NCBI GenBank assembly: GCA_963770895.1
Contig: CAVYRF010000001.1
Location: forward strand, 1,216,001 to 1,280,000
Length of the DNA stretch: 64,000 nt
Direction of reading: 5' to 3'
Source: an uncultured Acidobacteriota bacterium
Lineage (GTDB): Bacteria > Acidobacteriota > Thermoanaerobaculia > Multivoradales > UBA5704
Both the position numbers and the translations under genes were made by a program. The notes beneath the pieces are model-generated. The model saw only the letters and a list, made by a program, of their open reading frames with translations, made no database searches and was not told where the DNA came from. Positions 1 to 9,716 of the stretch are shown one piece after another. Position 1 is the first letter of the stretch; each line of letters opens with the position of its first letter.

Positions 1-953
1 GCCCACCTGGTGACGGCTTCGGACTGCACGCGGGTGGCGGCGGCGACGGTGCGCTCGCCGGCGGCTTCGGCTTCGTTCATCGTCGGCAGCGGCTCCCAGC
101 CGCCGCCCGGCGATTCGGCGATGGCTTGCGCGAACAGGCCGCGCGCCGCGGGCGTCGACATCAGCGCCAGCAGGTCGCCGCCGCCGGCCGATTCGCCGAA
201 CACGGTCACCCGCCTGGGGTCGCCGCCAAACGCGGCGATGTTGCGCGCCACCCAGCCCAGCCCGGCGATCTGGTCGAGCAGGCCGAAGTTGGCGACCGGT
301 TCGCCGGCCGGCGCCGCGCGCGACAGCACGGCGTGGGTGAAGAAGCCGAAGTGCCCCAGGCGGTAGTTGAGCGCCACCAGGATCACCCCGTCCTGCGCGA
401 AGGCGGCGCCGTCGTACAGCACCCGCGACCCGGCGCCGATGACGTTGGCGCCGCCGTGCAGCCAGACCATCACCGGCGCGCCGTGCGCCCCCTTGGGCGC
501 GAACACCTGCAGCGTCAGGCAGTCTTCGCTCACCGGGGTGCCGGCCGGCACGAACGATTCGACCGCCGGATTGGGCCGCTGCATGCACGTGGCGCCGGGC
601 GCCGCCGCGCTGCGCTCGCCCTGCCAGGGCAGCGGCGGCTGCGGTGGCCGCCAGCGCCGCGGGCCGACCGGCGGCGCCGCGTACGGGACGCCCTGAAACA
701 CCAGCACGCCGTCGCGTTCGATCCCCGCCAGCACTCCGGATTCGACTCGCACGCGCGGCGGGGCCGCCACCTCGCCACCGGCGCTCACGCCACCGCTCCC
801 CGCGGCACCGCTCGCCGCTGCGCCGCCGGCCGCCGCGCCTGCCGCGGCGCCGGGCTGCTGGCCGCGCGCCGCGGTGCCCAGCGCCAGCACAGCCGCCGCC
901 AGCAGCGGCAGACACCAGGCTGAGATCACGATCGATTTGGCGTTTTTCCTCAT
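1..953 (-). CDS. Secreted type-B carboxylesterase/lipase (3' end outside the window)
   Basis: Manual translation from ATG at 953: signal peptide MRKNAKSIVISAWCLPLL, then GVPYAAPPVG..RWRPP, SEDCLTLQV, VWLHGG, NYRLG, GLLDQIAGL.WV..NIAAFGGDP and the nucleophile motif GESAG. Missing from the ORF track because there is no stop in the window. Confidence 0.92.
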   Translation of the reverse strand, partial: MRKNAKSIVISAWCLPLLAAAVLALGTAARGQQPGAAAGAAAGGAAASGAAGSGGVSAGGEVAAPPRVRVESGVLAGIERDGVLVFQGVPYAAPPVGPRRWRPPQPPLPWQGERSAAAPGATCMQRPNPAVESFVPAGTPVSEDCLTLQVFAPKGAHGAPVMVWLHGGANVIGAGSRVLYDGAAFAQDGVILVALNYRLGHFGFFTHAVLSRAAPAGEPVANFGLLDQIAGLGWVARNIAAFGGDPRRVTVFGESAGGGDLLALMSTPAARGLFAQAIAESPGGGWEPLPTMNEAEAAGERTVAAATRVQSEAVTRW

Positions 954-1127
954 CGGTTCCAGAGCATAGCAGGCAGCCGTGCCAGGCCGAGGGCGGTGGT
1001 TGTGGGGGCGCCGCTTGTGGCGCGGAGCAGAGGCGGCTTGTGCGTGGGCTGAGCTTGCAGCGCGGCGCTGGGGAGGTCGCCGCGCGGGCCTTGACGGTGC
1101 TCGCGACGGTGTGGTCTGCTCCGTGGT

Positions 1128-1184
1128 GGAGGCGCCGGCGCGCCTCCTCAAATCCCGGTCCCCACGGACCGGGATTTTGTTTTT
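1128..1184 (+). promoter_or_regulatory. Tandem hairpins ending in an intrinsic terminator within the leader of the hydrolase gene (candidate attenuator)
   Basis: ggaggcgc-cggc-gcgcctcc (1128-1147), then aaatcccggtcc-ccac-ggaccgggattt plus tgttttt (1150-1184), about 40 nt before the start codon. Confidence 0.6.
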
Positions 1185-1220
1185 GGCCCAGGCGCACCCG
1201 AGGAACGTGAAGGAGGAGGC

Positions 1221-2045
1221 ATGGCGATGAGCGAGGCAGCCCCCCGTCACCCGATCACCACCCGGCCGCTGGTCTACGCCCACCCCGGCGCGGACGGCCT
1301 GCCCGTCCGCCGCGACGTCGAATATCGCACCGGCGACGGTGGCGCGCTGACGTTCGATCTGTATTACCCGCGGGAGCCTGCCGGCGCCGCGCCGTTCCCG
1401 GCGCTGGTGTTCGCCAACGGCTTTCCCGACCCCGGATGCCAGCGCCACCTGGGCTGCCGGCAGAAAGAGATGCAGTGCTACGTCGATTGGGCGCGGCTGG
1501 CCGCCGCCGCTGGAGTGGCGGCCGTGCTGTACGCGAACCGCGAGCCGGTGGCGGATGCGCGCGCGGTGCTCGACCACCTGGGCCGCCACGCGGAGGCCCT
1601 GGGAATCGATGCCGGCCGCATCGGCATCTGGGCTTGCTCCGGCCACGGACCGCTGGCACTGTCGCTGCTGATGGACGGCGCCCGCCAGCCGCCGCCGCGC
1701 TGTGCGGCGCTGTTCTACCCGATGCTGCTGGATCTGGACGGCACCACGGCCATCGCCGACGCCGCCGGGCGCTTCGGCTTTGCCAATCCCGCCGCCGGGC
1801 GCTCGCCGGACGAACTGCCCTCGGCGCTGCCGCTGTGGGTCGCCCGCGCCGGCCAGGATGAAAACCCCGGCCTGAACGAGGCGCTCGACCGCTTTGCCGC
1901 CCAGGCGCTGGCGCGCAACCTGCCGCTGACCCTGGTCAACCTGCCCGCGGCGCCCCACGCCTTCGACCTGCTGGACGCCAGCGACGCTTCCCGCCACGCG
2001 GTGACCCAGGCGCTGGCCTTCCTGCGCCACCACCTGGGCGTGTGA
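1221..2045 (+). CDS. Alpha/beta hydrolase
   Basis: Strong RBS aggaggagg; FDLYYP; RIGIWACSGHG nucleophile elbow; C-terminal PHAFD His motif. Confidence 0.85.
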   Translation: MAMSEAAPRHPITTRPLVYAHPGADGLPVRRDVEYRTGDGGALTFDLYYPREPAGAAPFPALVFANGFPDPGCQRHLGCRQKEMQCYVDWARLAAAAGVAAVLYANREPVADARAVLDHLGRHAEALGIDAGRIGIWACSGHGPLALSLLMDGARQPPPRCAALFYPMLLDLDGTTAIADAAGRFGFANPAAGRSPDELPSALPLWVARAGQDENPGLNEALDRFAAQALARNLPLTLVNLPAAPHAFDLLDASDASRHAVTQALAFLRHHLGV

Positions 2046-2079
2046 GCCGCACGGCTGGCCCGCCCCCGGCGCCGAGGCG

Positions 2080-2415
2080 CTAGGGAGGCGACAGGCACTC
2101 GCAGAGCGGCACCGCAATCGCCGCACAGGTGCTGATCATCTGGCACAACTTCGGCGAGCCGACGCCGCAGCGCGAATTGAGCGTCTTGCCGGCACAGTCG
2201 GCGTCGCTGCAAGCGCCGCACGTCGTCGTCAAGGCGATGGCGCCCTGCTGTCCAGCCGGCGGCGGCAACCACAGCGGCGTGGTGCTCAGCGAGCAGGAGC
2301 CGGACGACAGCAGGGTGGCGGGACCGGCGAGCTCCGCGCCCACCGCACGCCCCGGCAACCAGGCGCCAGCGGCAAGCAGCAGCGCGACGGCCAACGCAAG
2401 CTTTGCAGGCCTCAT
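2080..2415 (-). CDS. Small secreted Cys-rich protein (8-Cys C-terminal domain)
   Basis: RBS aaaggagg before ATG 2415; signal peptide MRPAKLALAVALLLAAGA; C-x2-C-x4-C-x8-C-x7-C-x5-C-x7-CxC. Confidence 0.75.
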   Translation of the reverse strand: MRPAKLALAVALLLAAGAWLPGRAVGAELAGPATLLSSGSCSLSTTPLWLPPPAGQQGAIALTTTCGACSDADCAGKTLNSRCGVGSPKLCQMISTCAAIAVPLCECLSPP

Positions 2416-2564
2416 GACGTTGCCTCCTTTCCTCTGCTTATCGTAAGTGCGAAAGGCCGCTCGAAGCGTGGCCGCCGCGCCTCGGCGCGCCCAGCCGCAC
2501 CGGCGGTCTGCCGGCGGCCACCGCATGCGGCCGGGCCGCTGCGCCTGCGTCGCTTCGCGGTACG

Positions 2565-4907
2565 ATGCGTCACCACACAGCTGCGGGCTCCCGGCCACGC
2601 TGGGACGGAGGATTGCGCATGCACAGGTGGCCGGATCGGCGTCAGCCGCGGCGGACCGCGGGTTTCGGACCGGTGAGCTGCTGGTTGCTGTGGTTCGCCG
2701 CGGGCGGTCTGCTGCTGCCGGCCGCGGCGCGCGCCCAGGCGACGGAACCGCCGCCGCCGCTGCTGCCGGAAGCGACGGTGCGCGCCCTCGCCGCCGAGCT
2801 GTCGGGGACGACGGCAAAGCACACCGTGCAGGACCTCACGCTTCACCACAGGATGCGCGGCTCCCGCGGCTTCAAGGCTGCCTCGGACTACGTCGCGGCG
2901 CTGGCGCGCTCGTATGGGCTCGCGGTCGAGGTGATCAGCCTGCCCGCCGACGGCAGCGTCATGTACGGCACGCAGCGCTCGCGCCCAGCCTGGGACGCCG
3001 ACTTTGCCGAGCTCTGGGAACAGCGCCAGCAGGGTGGTGACAGCGCCGCCGGCGGCAGTGCAACCAGCGGCGGTGTCGGCAGCGGCGGCGGCATCTGGAC
3101 GGATGCGCAGCGCATCGCCTCCTGGGACGCGCGTCCCATCACGCTGGCGGAAGACAGCGCCGCGGGCGAGGTCGCGGCGGCGCTGGTGGACATCGGCCAG
3201 GGCACCGCGGGCAGCGACTACCGCGGCAAGGACGTCCGCGGCAAGCTGGTCCTGGCCGGCGCCCAGCCGGGGCCGGTCGCGGCCCTGGCCGTCGATCGCT
3301 TCGGCGCCGCCGGCATCATCTCCTACGCGCAAAATCAGCCCACCGCCTGGTCGCAGGAAGACGAAAACCTGGTGCGCTGGGGTCACCTGGCCACCTTCCC
3401 GCCGCCGCACACCTTCGCCTTCATGGTCTCGCTCAAGCAGGCCCGTGCCTGGCAGGCACGCCTGGCCGCCGGCGGCACCGTGCGCCTGCGGGCCAAGGTC
3501 CAGGCCGGCCAGCATCCCGGCAGCTACGACATCGTGACCGCCGTCATCCCCGGCGCCGACCCGGCGCTGGCCGGCGACCAGATCGTCCTGTCGTGCCATC
3601 TAGACCACCAGCGCCCCGGCGCCAACGACAACGCCAGCGGCTGCGCCACCATCCTGGAAGTGGCCCGCACCCTCTCGAAGCTGGTGCGCGAAGGCCGCCT
3701 GGCGCCGCCGCGCCGCACCCTGCGCTTCGTCTGGCCGCCGGAAGTGGAAGGCACCGTCGCGCTGCTCAACGCCCGCCCGGACCTGGCCCGCCAGGCGCGC
3801 GCCGTCATCCACATGGACATGGTGGGAGGCGCCGCCGCCGCCACCGGCGCCATCTTCCACGTCACCCGCAGCCCCAAGAGCCTCCCCACCTTCGTCAACG
3901 ACGTCGGCGAAGCCTTCGGCCGCTTCGCCAGCGAGCAGTCCGACGCCTTCGCCAGCACCGGCGCCGCCGACTTCCCGCTGGTCGACCCCGAGGGCTCCAA
4001 ATACGCCCTGCAAGCCGCGGTGGTCGACTTCACCCCCGGCAGCGACCACGAAGTCTGGTCCGAAGGCTCCTTCCGCGTCCCCGCCATCTACCTCAACGAC
4101 TGGCCCGATCGCACCATCCACACCGGCGCCGACACCCTCGCCAACATCGACGCCACCAAGCTCCTCCGCGCCGCCTTCATCGGCGCCGCCAGCGCCTACT
4201 ACCTGGCCCAGCTCGACACCGCCCAAACCCCCGCCCTCTGGGACACCATCCGCCGCCACGCCCTGGAGCGCCTCGCCACCGCCCTCGCCCGCGCCGAGCG
4301 CCTGCGCGCCGGCGCCAACCCAGCCGCCGCGCCGGCTGCTGCCGTCTCAGGAGCCGCCGCAGGCGACGCCGGTTCGGGCACCAGGACCGCGGACGCCGCC
4401 GCCAAGGCCGCCGACGCCGACGCGGCCGCGCTCCTGCGCTTCCATCTGGCCTACGAATCGGGTGTGATCGAATCGATGAGCACCTTCGCCGCCCTGCCGC
4501 CGGCCACCCGTCAGGCCGCAACGGACTTCCTGCGCGCCCTGGAACGCCTGAGCGGCCTGCCCCCGGCGCCATCCAGTGCCGCCCCGCCCGCGCTCCCCGG
4601 TGCCGCGGACGCCGGCGCCCTGATCCTCCGCCGCAACCCCGATCCCAAAGGCCCCATGACCGGCTTCGGCTACAGCTACCTGGAAGACCACGCCGCCCAG
4701 CAGCACCTGCCCACCCCAGCCCTGGTCGATCGCCGAGGGCTGTGGGGCTCCGACTACGCCTACGAAGCCCTCAACCTGGTCGACGGCCGCCGCACCGTAA
4801 GCCAGATCCGCGACGCCCTCACCGCCATCTACGGCCCCGTCCCCCTCCCCGAAGTCGCCGCCTACCTCGACACCCTCCGCCGCATCGGCGTCCTCGCCAC
4901 CCCCTGA
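2565..4907 (+). CDS. M28 family metallopeptidase with PA domain (DUF4910-like); start may be 2619
   Basis: PA domain DYRGKDVRGKLVL; SCHLDH..PGANDNASG; PPEVEG; HMDMVG; GSDH; IHTGADT; C-terminal wHTH-like YEALNLVDGRRTV. Confidence 0.9.
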   Translation: MRHHTAAGSRPRWDGGLRMHRWPDRRQPRRTAGFGPVSCWLLWFAAGGLLLPAAARAQATEPPPPLLPEATVRALAAELSGTTAKHTVQDLTLHHRMRGSRGFKAASDYVAALARSYGLAVEVISLPADGSVMYGTQRSRPAWDADFAELWEQRQQGGDSAAGGSATSGGVGSGGGIWTDAQRIASWDARPITLAEDSAAGEVAAALVDIGQGTAGSDYRGKDVRGKLVLAGAQPGPVAALAVDRFGAAGIISYAQNQPTAWSQEDENLVRWGHLATFPPPHTFAFMVSLKQARAWQARLAAGGTVRLRAKVQAGQHPGSYDIVTAVIPGADPALAGDQIVLSCHLDHQRPGANDNASGCATILEVARTLSKLVREGRLAPPRRTLRFVWPPEVEGTVALLNARPDLARQARAVIHMDMVGGAAAATGAIFHVTRSPKSLPTFVNDVGEAFGRFASEQSDAFASTGAADFPLVDPEGSKYALQAAVVDFTPGSDHEVWSEGSFRVPAIYLNDWPDRTIHTGADTLANIDATKLLRAAFIGAASAYYLAQLDTAQTPALWDTIRRHALERLATALARAERLRAGANPAAAPAAAVSGAAAGDAGSGTRTADAAAKAADADAAALLRFHLAYESGVIESMSTFAALPPATRQAATDFLRALERLSGLPPAPSSAAPPALPGAADAGALILRRNPDPKGPMTGFGYSYLEDHAAQQHLPTPALVDRRGLWGSDYAYEALNLVDGRRTVSQIRDALTAIYGPVPLPEVAAYLDTLRRIGVLATP

Positions 4908-4918
4908 ACCGTCCCCCT

Positions 4919-5272
4919 TCAGACCGCTTCGCCGGCATCGCTGAGCGGGGATTCCACCTCCGCGACAAGCCGCGGGAGATGACCCTCGGCCACGCCCCAT
5001 ACCGCGGCGTCGTCGATCGCGTCGTAGCCGTGAATGATGCGGTTGCGAAAACTGACGATACGACGCAGGTCGGTGATCCTCGACGCTACGTCGGAATCGG
5101 TTTGGGCGAGGCGCCCAAGTGCTTCGCCGATGAGCTCAAACTCCCGCTCGACAGCGCGGCGGAACAGGCGGTCCTCGCTATAGGCCGCAAAGTTGCGGGT
5201 GCTGCACCATTGGCGAATGCTGCGACCCGACGCGAGGATGTCAAACAGCAGTTTCTTCGCGCGGTTGTCCAT
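4919..5272 (-). CDS. HepT-like HEPN RNase toxin (DUF86)
   Basis: AVEREFELIGEA and the Rx4HxY motif RNRIIHGY. Confidence 0.92.
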   Translation of the reverse strand: MDNRAKKLLFDILASGRSIRQWCSTRNFAAYSEDRLFRRAVEREFELIGEALGRLAQTDSDVASRITDLRRIVSFRNRIIHGYDAIDDAAVWGVAEGHLPRLVAEVESPLSDAGEAV

Positions 5273-5570
5273 ACACGAGCTCGCGGGTGGCCTGGATCTC
5301 GCGGCGGAGGTACGGATTGCGCATCGCCTGGTCGGTTAGCAGATCGATTGGGCGGGCAAAGAGCCGCTCCAGGCTATCGGCAAAGTCGAGATATCTCTGG
5401 GCGTAAGCCCCTGTCGGTTGGCGATCGGCCATCTCGACCAGAAAATCGAGATCGCTGCCTGGTTGGAACTGCTCCGAAACGGCCGATCCGAACAAATACA
5501 GTCGCTGGACGCCGTAGCGCCGGCACAGCTCAGAAAGGTCGGTCAGGTGCTCCTCCACAAGTGCGATCAC
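5241..5570 (-). CDS. MntA-like minimal nucleotidyltransferase antitoxin
   Basis: LFGSAVSEQFQPGSDLD (GSx10DxD); overlaps the HEPN gene. Confidence 0.92.
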   Translation of the reverse strand: MIALVEEHLTDLSELCRRYGVQRLYLFGSAVSEQFQPGSDLDFLVEMADRQPTGAYAQRYLDFADSLERLFARPIDLLTDQAMRNPYLRREIQATRELVYGQPREETAV

Positions 5571-5680
5571 GAAACCGATCGTACCATCGCACCCAAGCGG
5601 GGCCAGCCGCGCCTCCGTCCACCTTCGCGCTTCACTAGTCCGAGCGGGCGGCAGTCAGACGAGGCGCTCCTGGTTGAAGG

Positions 5681-6960
5681 TCAGGGCAGGGTGATGAGCC
5701 GGGCGTAGACCGTGGTGGCGGTGCCGCTCAGCCAGACGGCGACGGCGGTGCCCTTGGGGCCGGCGGCGAGGGCGGGGAGCTCTGGTTGCCGGCGGTGGTG
5801 ACGGTGACGAGAAAATCGCCGCCGGTGGGGGCGCCGTCGGCGCTCAGGAGGCGGCCGAAGATGCCGGTGCCGTCGCCGTCCTGGCCCGATTCGTCCTCCC
5901 AGATCGTGACGTAGCCGCCGGCGGGTTGCCAGACGATCTTGGGTGTCGTGCGTTGGCCGGGTACGCGGCGGTTGACTTGGAACTCGTCCGCTTCCTGAGC
6001 GGTGCCGTCGGCGTCGAAGAGGAGACCGTGGATGGGGCCGGGCGGCTTGGGCCCCAGCGGCGGCAGCCAGGGGAAAGCGGGGAACTGCTCATCCCAGACG
6101 ATGGCGAAGCTGCCGTCTGGTTTCATGGCCAGTGAAGCGTCGTAGCTGCTCTCATCGTCGGGAAAGAGCGGGTCGATCGGCAGGGCCTTGCCGCTCTGCG
6201 ACACGCGCACGGCATAGACGCTGATGTCGTCGCCGTAGTAGGTCAGCGCCGCCGTGAGGGACCCGTCAGGCGCCATGGCGATGGCGTCTGGGAAGGGACC
6301 CGAGCCGTCCACGTAGGAACCCATGCTCAGCAGCACCTCGCCGGTCAAGGGCGCGAGCTGGGCGGAGAAGACGCGCGCCTCGGCATTGTTGTAGTAGCCG
6401 AAGGTCTGCTGGTAACCGACATCGGCGGCCCAGGCGACGACCACCTGGCCCTCCGGGGTCGCGCTCACCACCCCGAAATAGCGGTTGAAGGGGCTCGGCA
6501 GGTGGGCCAGCTCGGCGTGGGTCAACGGCGACCCGTTGCGCCGGAACATCTGCACCTCCACCTGCTTGATGACGATGACGCCGCGGCCCGCGGGTCTGCG
6601 GTAGCTGTCCCATACCGCCGTGAAGGTGTCGTTGCTGGTCGCCACCAGGCCGTCCAGCGCGATGACGTTGGCGGACGGCACCAGCAGGAACTCGCCGCTC
6701 GCCGGCGCACCGTCAGCAGTAAACAGGCGAGCGTGCACGCCGACCGGGTGGGCTGTGCTCGGACTCCCCATCGGCTGCGCCGCCCACGCCACGATGAACC
6801 CGCCGTCGGGGAACACCGCGACCTGCGGCGTCATCTGGGCGTCCAAGGTGCTGACGTTGACCTGGATCTCCGGCCCCAGAACCGGCGCGGCCGCAGCCAT
6901 CCCTGGCAACAGAAAAGCGGCCAGCAAGGCCCAGGGTGAAAGGCGGTTCGGAATCCCCAT
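5681..6960 (-). CDS. Secreted beta-propeller-like repeat protein, with a 1-nt frameshift near 5775
   Basis: Signal peptide; repeats EIQVNVST..Q..P.VA, EFQVN..VPGQR..P.I and DFLVTVTTAGNQ. Adding one C to the C run restores SSPALAAGPKGTAVAVWLSG..VYARLITLP* ending at 5681. Confidence 0.75.
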
Positions 6961-7080
6961 GAGCGATACCCCCTAGAGCGTTCCGCGGGGGCGAGCGAAA
7001 GGCCACGCCGCCAGTTTCAACTATAACGTGGAAGGCCGCGAGCCACTCGGGTTGACACCTTACCCATGCGCGTGCGATTC

Positions 7081-7101
7081 TTGGGTTAAATGTCTACCCG
7101 A
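7081..7101 (+). promoter_or_regulatory. Probable PadR autoregulatory operator
   Basis: Imperfect palindrome ttgggttaaatgtctacccga over the start codon; TTGACA at about 7051. Confidence 0.45.
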
Positions 7102-7446
7102 GAAGGAAAAGAACGACTCGAGCTGTTGCAGGGCACCCTCGACCTGCTGATCCTGCGCACGCTGATCTTTGGACCGCAGCACGGGCAAGGGATCGCGCGC
7201 GCCATTCAAGACACCTCCCAAAGCGAGCTGCTCGTCGCGCACGGCGCGCTCTACCCAGCGCTCCAGCGCCTCGAAGAGAGACGCTGGATCTCCGCCCGCT
7301 GGGGCACCTCCGACAGCAACCGCAAGGCGCGCTTCTACACCTTGACCGCGGCCGGCCGGACACAGCTGGTCGTCGAGACCAGCAAATGGCAACGGCTGAC
7401 CAGAGCGATCGCGCTCGTCCTGGGGCCGGAGGCGCCGGAAAGGTAA
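7090..7446 (+). CDS. PadR family transcriptional regulator (acidobacterial type)
   Basis: [12 protein letters not shown]...[32 protein letters not shown]. Confidence 0.95.
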   Translation: MSTREGKERLELLQGTLDLLILRTLIFGPQHGQGIARAIQDTSQSELLVAHGALYPALQRLEERRWISARWGTSDSNRKARFYTLTAAGRTQLVVETSKWQRLTRAIALVLGPEAPER

Positions 7447-7673
7447 CGCCCGTGCTCCACCGCAGGCGGCAGCTCGAAGAGCCGCTCGCGCCTCCTGCAG
7501 GAACCTGGCATCGTCAGGTGGCTTACGCCTGGACTACGACCGCGGCGGCGCAGAGCCGCCTGGATGCGCTCGTCGTCGCCCTGCCGCAGCAATTCCCCGG
7601 CGACACTCCGCGCACCAGCGACTGGACGGTGCGCCTGACGCCTGCTGGCGCCTGCTGCCGCGCGCGGGAGCGC

Positions 7674-8621
7674 CTACACCAGTCCGGACACCTTCTCGAG
7701 GTCGATGTTGCCGCCCGACACCAGCGCGACGACCCGCTCGCCAGGGGAGACGCGGACCTTGCCGGCGAGGAGCGCCCCGGTGGCCGCGGCGCCGGAGGCC
7801 TCGACATAGAGCTTGGCCCGCGTCAGCAGCAGGCGCATCCCCTCCATGATCTCGGCCTCGGTGACGGTCACGATGTCGTCCACCGCCTCGCGGGCGATGG
7901 CCAGGGGCAGGGCGCCGACGAAAGGAGGCGTCATGCCGTCGGCCAGGGTCGCCGGCCGCGTCACCGGCACCGGCTTGCCGGCGGCCAGCGCCGGGCCCAG
8001 ACCGGGGCCGGCCTCCAGCTCGACGGCGACCACGCGAGTCCGCGGTCGGCTCCCCTTGATGGCGGAGGTCACGCCGCCCAGCAGGCCGCCCCCGCCCACC
8101 GGCACCACCACCAGGTCGACGTCCGGCAGGTCCTCCAGGATCTCCAGGCCGGCCGTCCCCGAGCCGGCCAGCAGGACCGGATCGTCGAAAGGGTGGACGA
8201 AGGTCAGGCCGCGCGCCTCCCGCACCTCGTTCAGCTTGTCGAACAGTGTCGGCCGGTCGGGATGGAGCACGATCTCGGCGCCGTAGCCGCGCACCGCATC
8301 GATCTTCGACTGCGGCGCATCGGTCGGCATCACCACCACCGCCGAGCACCCCGCGACCCGCGCCGCCCAGGCAACGGCGGCAGCGTGGTTTCCGGCCGAA
8401 ACCGTGACCAGGCCGCGCCCGCGCTCGTCGCCGGACAGCGACAGGACCCGGTTCAGCGCGCCCCGCGCCTTGAAAGACCCGGTCTTCTGAAAGCTCTCGC
8501 ACTTGAGATACAGCCGCACCCCCACCCGCTCCCCCAGCTGCAGGCTGGAAAACAGAGGCGTGTGATGGATCGATCCAGCAATGCGGCTCGCCGCCGCCCG
8601 AATCTCGCTCAGGGGAATCAT
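7674..8621 (-). CDS. PLP-dependent threonine/serine dehydratase family enzyme
   Basis: LKCESFQKTGSFKARG (PLP Lys), SAGNH, VPVGGGGL, VSGGN. Confidence 0.95.
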   Translation of the reverse strand: MIPLSEIRAAASRIAGSIHHTPLFSSLQLGERVGVRLYLKCESFQKTGSFKARGALNRVLSLSGDERGRGLVTVSAGNHAAAVAWAARVAGCSAVVVMPTDAPQSKIDAVRGYGAEIVLHPDRPTLFDKLNEVREARGLTFVHPFDDPVLLAGSGTAGLEILEDLPDVDLVVVPVGGGGLLGGVTSAIKGSRPRTRVVAVELEAGPGLGPALAAGKPVPVTRPATLADGMTPPFVGALPLAIAREAVDDIVTVTEAEIMEGMRLLLTRAKLYVEASGAAATGALLAGKVRVSPGERVVALVSGGNIDLEKVSGLV

Positions 8622-8755
8622 GCCGCGGATTCTAAAGGACCTCCACCGCCAAAAACACCACGCACCACCCGGAGCCGCGGAAGTCGCGCCCGCCCCCCGC
8701 TCCAGCTTTACCGGTGCAAGCCCCCTTGAGGATCTGTTCTGCTGCGGGCAGGCTG

Positions 8756-8776
8756 GTCTATACTCATGGTATAGAC
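8756..8776. promoter_or_regulatory. vapBC operator palindrome
   Basis: Perfect inverted repeat gtctatac-tcatg-gtatagac just upstream of the vapB RBS. Confidence 0.75.
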
Positions 8777-8793
8777 GTCAAGAAAGGAGGCTC

Positions 8794-9048
8794 ATGACCA
8801 CCACCGCAAAGTTGTTCAAGAACGGGCGCAGTCAGGCCATCCGCCTACCGCGTGAGTTCAGGTTCGAAGGAGACCGGGTACGAGTACGCCGCGCCGGGCG
8901 CGGCGTACTCGTCGAGCCGATCTTCAAGGACGTAGAAAAGTGGTTCGCGGAACTGGATGGCATGGCCGCCGAACCTTTCATGTCCGACGGACGGCGGCAG
9001 CCAACTTCTCCTCGGCGCGACGTTTTCCATGACGACGTACCTGCTTGA
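8794..9048 (+). CDS. vapB: AbrB-type VapB antitoxin
   Basis: MTTTAKLFKNGRSQAIRLPREFRF; RBS aaaggagg. Confidence 0.93.
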   Translation: MTTTAKLFKNGRSQAIRLPREFRFEGDRVRVRRAGRGVLVEPIFKDVEKWFAELDGMAAEPFMSDGRRQPTSPRRDVFHDDVPA

Positions 9049-9451
9049 TACGAACGCGTGCATCGCGCTGATCAACGGCACCGAGGCCAACGTCCGACGG
9101 CGATTTAGGCGCGTGGTGGCTCGGGAGAGCGTTGTCCTTCTGTCGTCGATCGTGGCCTTTGAGCTGTGGTATGGAGTCGCGAAGAGCCAGCGCAAGGATC
9201 AAAACCGGAAGCGACTCGCAGCATTCCTCGCCGGCCCGTTCGAGTGGACGATGTTCGACGATGATGACGCGGAAGCTGCTGGAATCGTTCGCGCAGAGCT
9301 CGAAGCCGCAGGAACACCGATCGGCGCCTATGACGTCCTCGTCGCGGGACAGGCCCGGCGACGTCGCGCGACCCTCGTGACCTCCAACGCGAAGGAGTTC
9401 ACGCGAGTGCGTGGTCTGAAGTGGGAGGACTGGGCCGATTCAAGTCGGTAG
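9029..9451 (+). CDS. vapC: VapC PIN-domain toxin
   Basis: YLLDTN, ELWYG, GTPIGAYDVLVAGQA, LVTSNAKEF..V.GL..EDW. Confidence 0.95.
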   Translation: MTTYLLDTNACIALINGTEANVRRRFRRVVARESVVLLSSIVAFELWYGVAKSQRKDQNRKRLAAFLAGPFEWTMFDDDDAEAAGIVRAELEAAGTPIGAYDVLVAGQARRRRATLVTSNAKEFTRVRGLKWEDWADSSR

Positions 9452-9504
9452 CACGCCTCGATGAGCCTGAATTCGGACCGCGTCGTGTTCGGGCAGGGCT
9501 GATT

Positions 9505-9580
9505 GCCCCGACCGCGACGCGCCCTGCGGCGCGTGCGCGATCGCGGCTGGGGCGCGAGTGCGGTGTCCTGCCGCGCCGGA
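9505..9580. repeat. About 75-bp palindromic REP-like element, copy 1
   Basis: gccccgaccgcgacgcgccctgcggcgcgtgcgcgatcgcggctggggcgcgagtgcggtgtcctgccgc; near-identical to 10454-10529. Confidence 0.85.
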
Positions 9581-9716
9581 ACGCTGGTGCGTCCGCCCGA
9601 GGTGCTGGCGCGGTTGCGGGAGGCGCTGGACGGCGGATGCTGCTCAAGGCGCACCCTGAGCGCCAGGTCCCATCACGCATTGCCATCTGGTGCGAACTTT
9701 CCTATCATCACGCATC

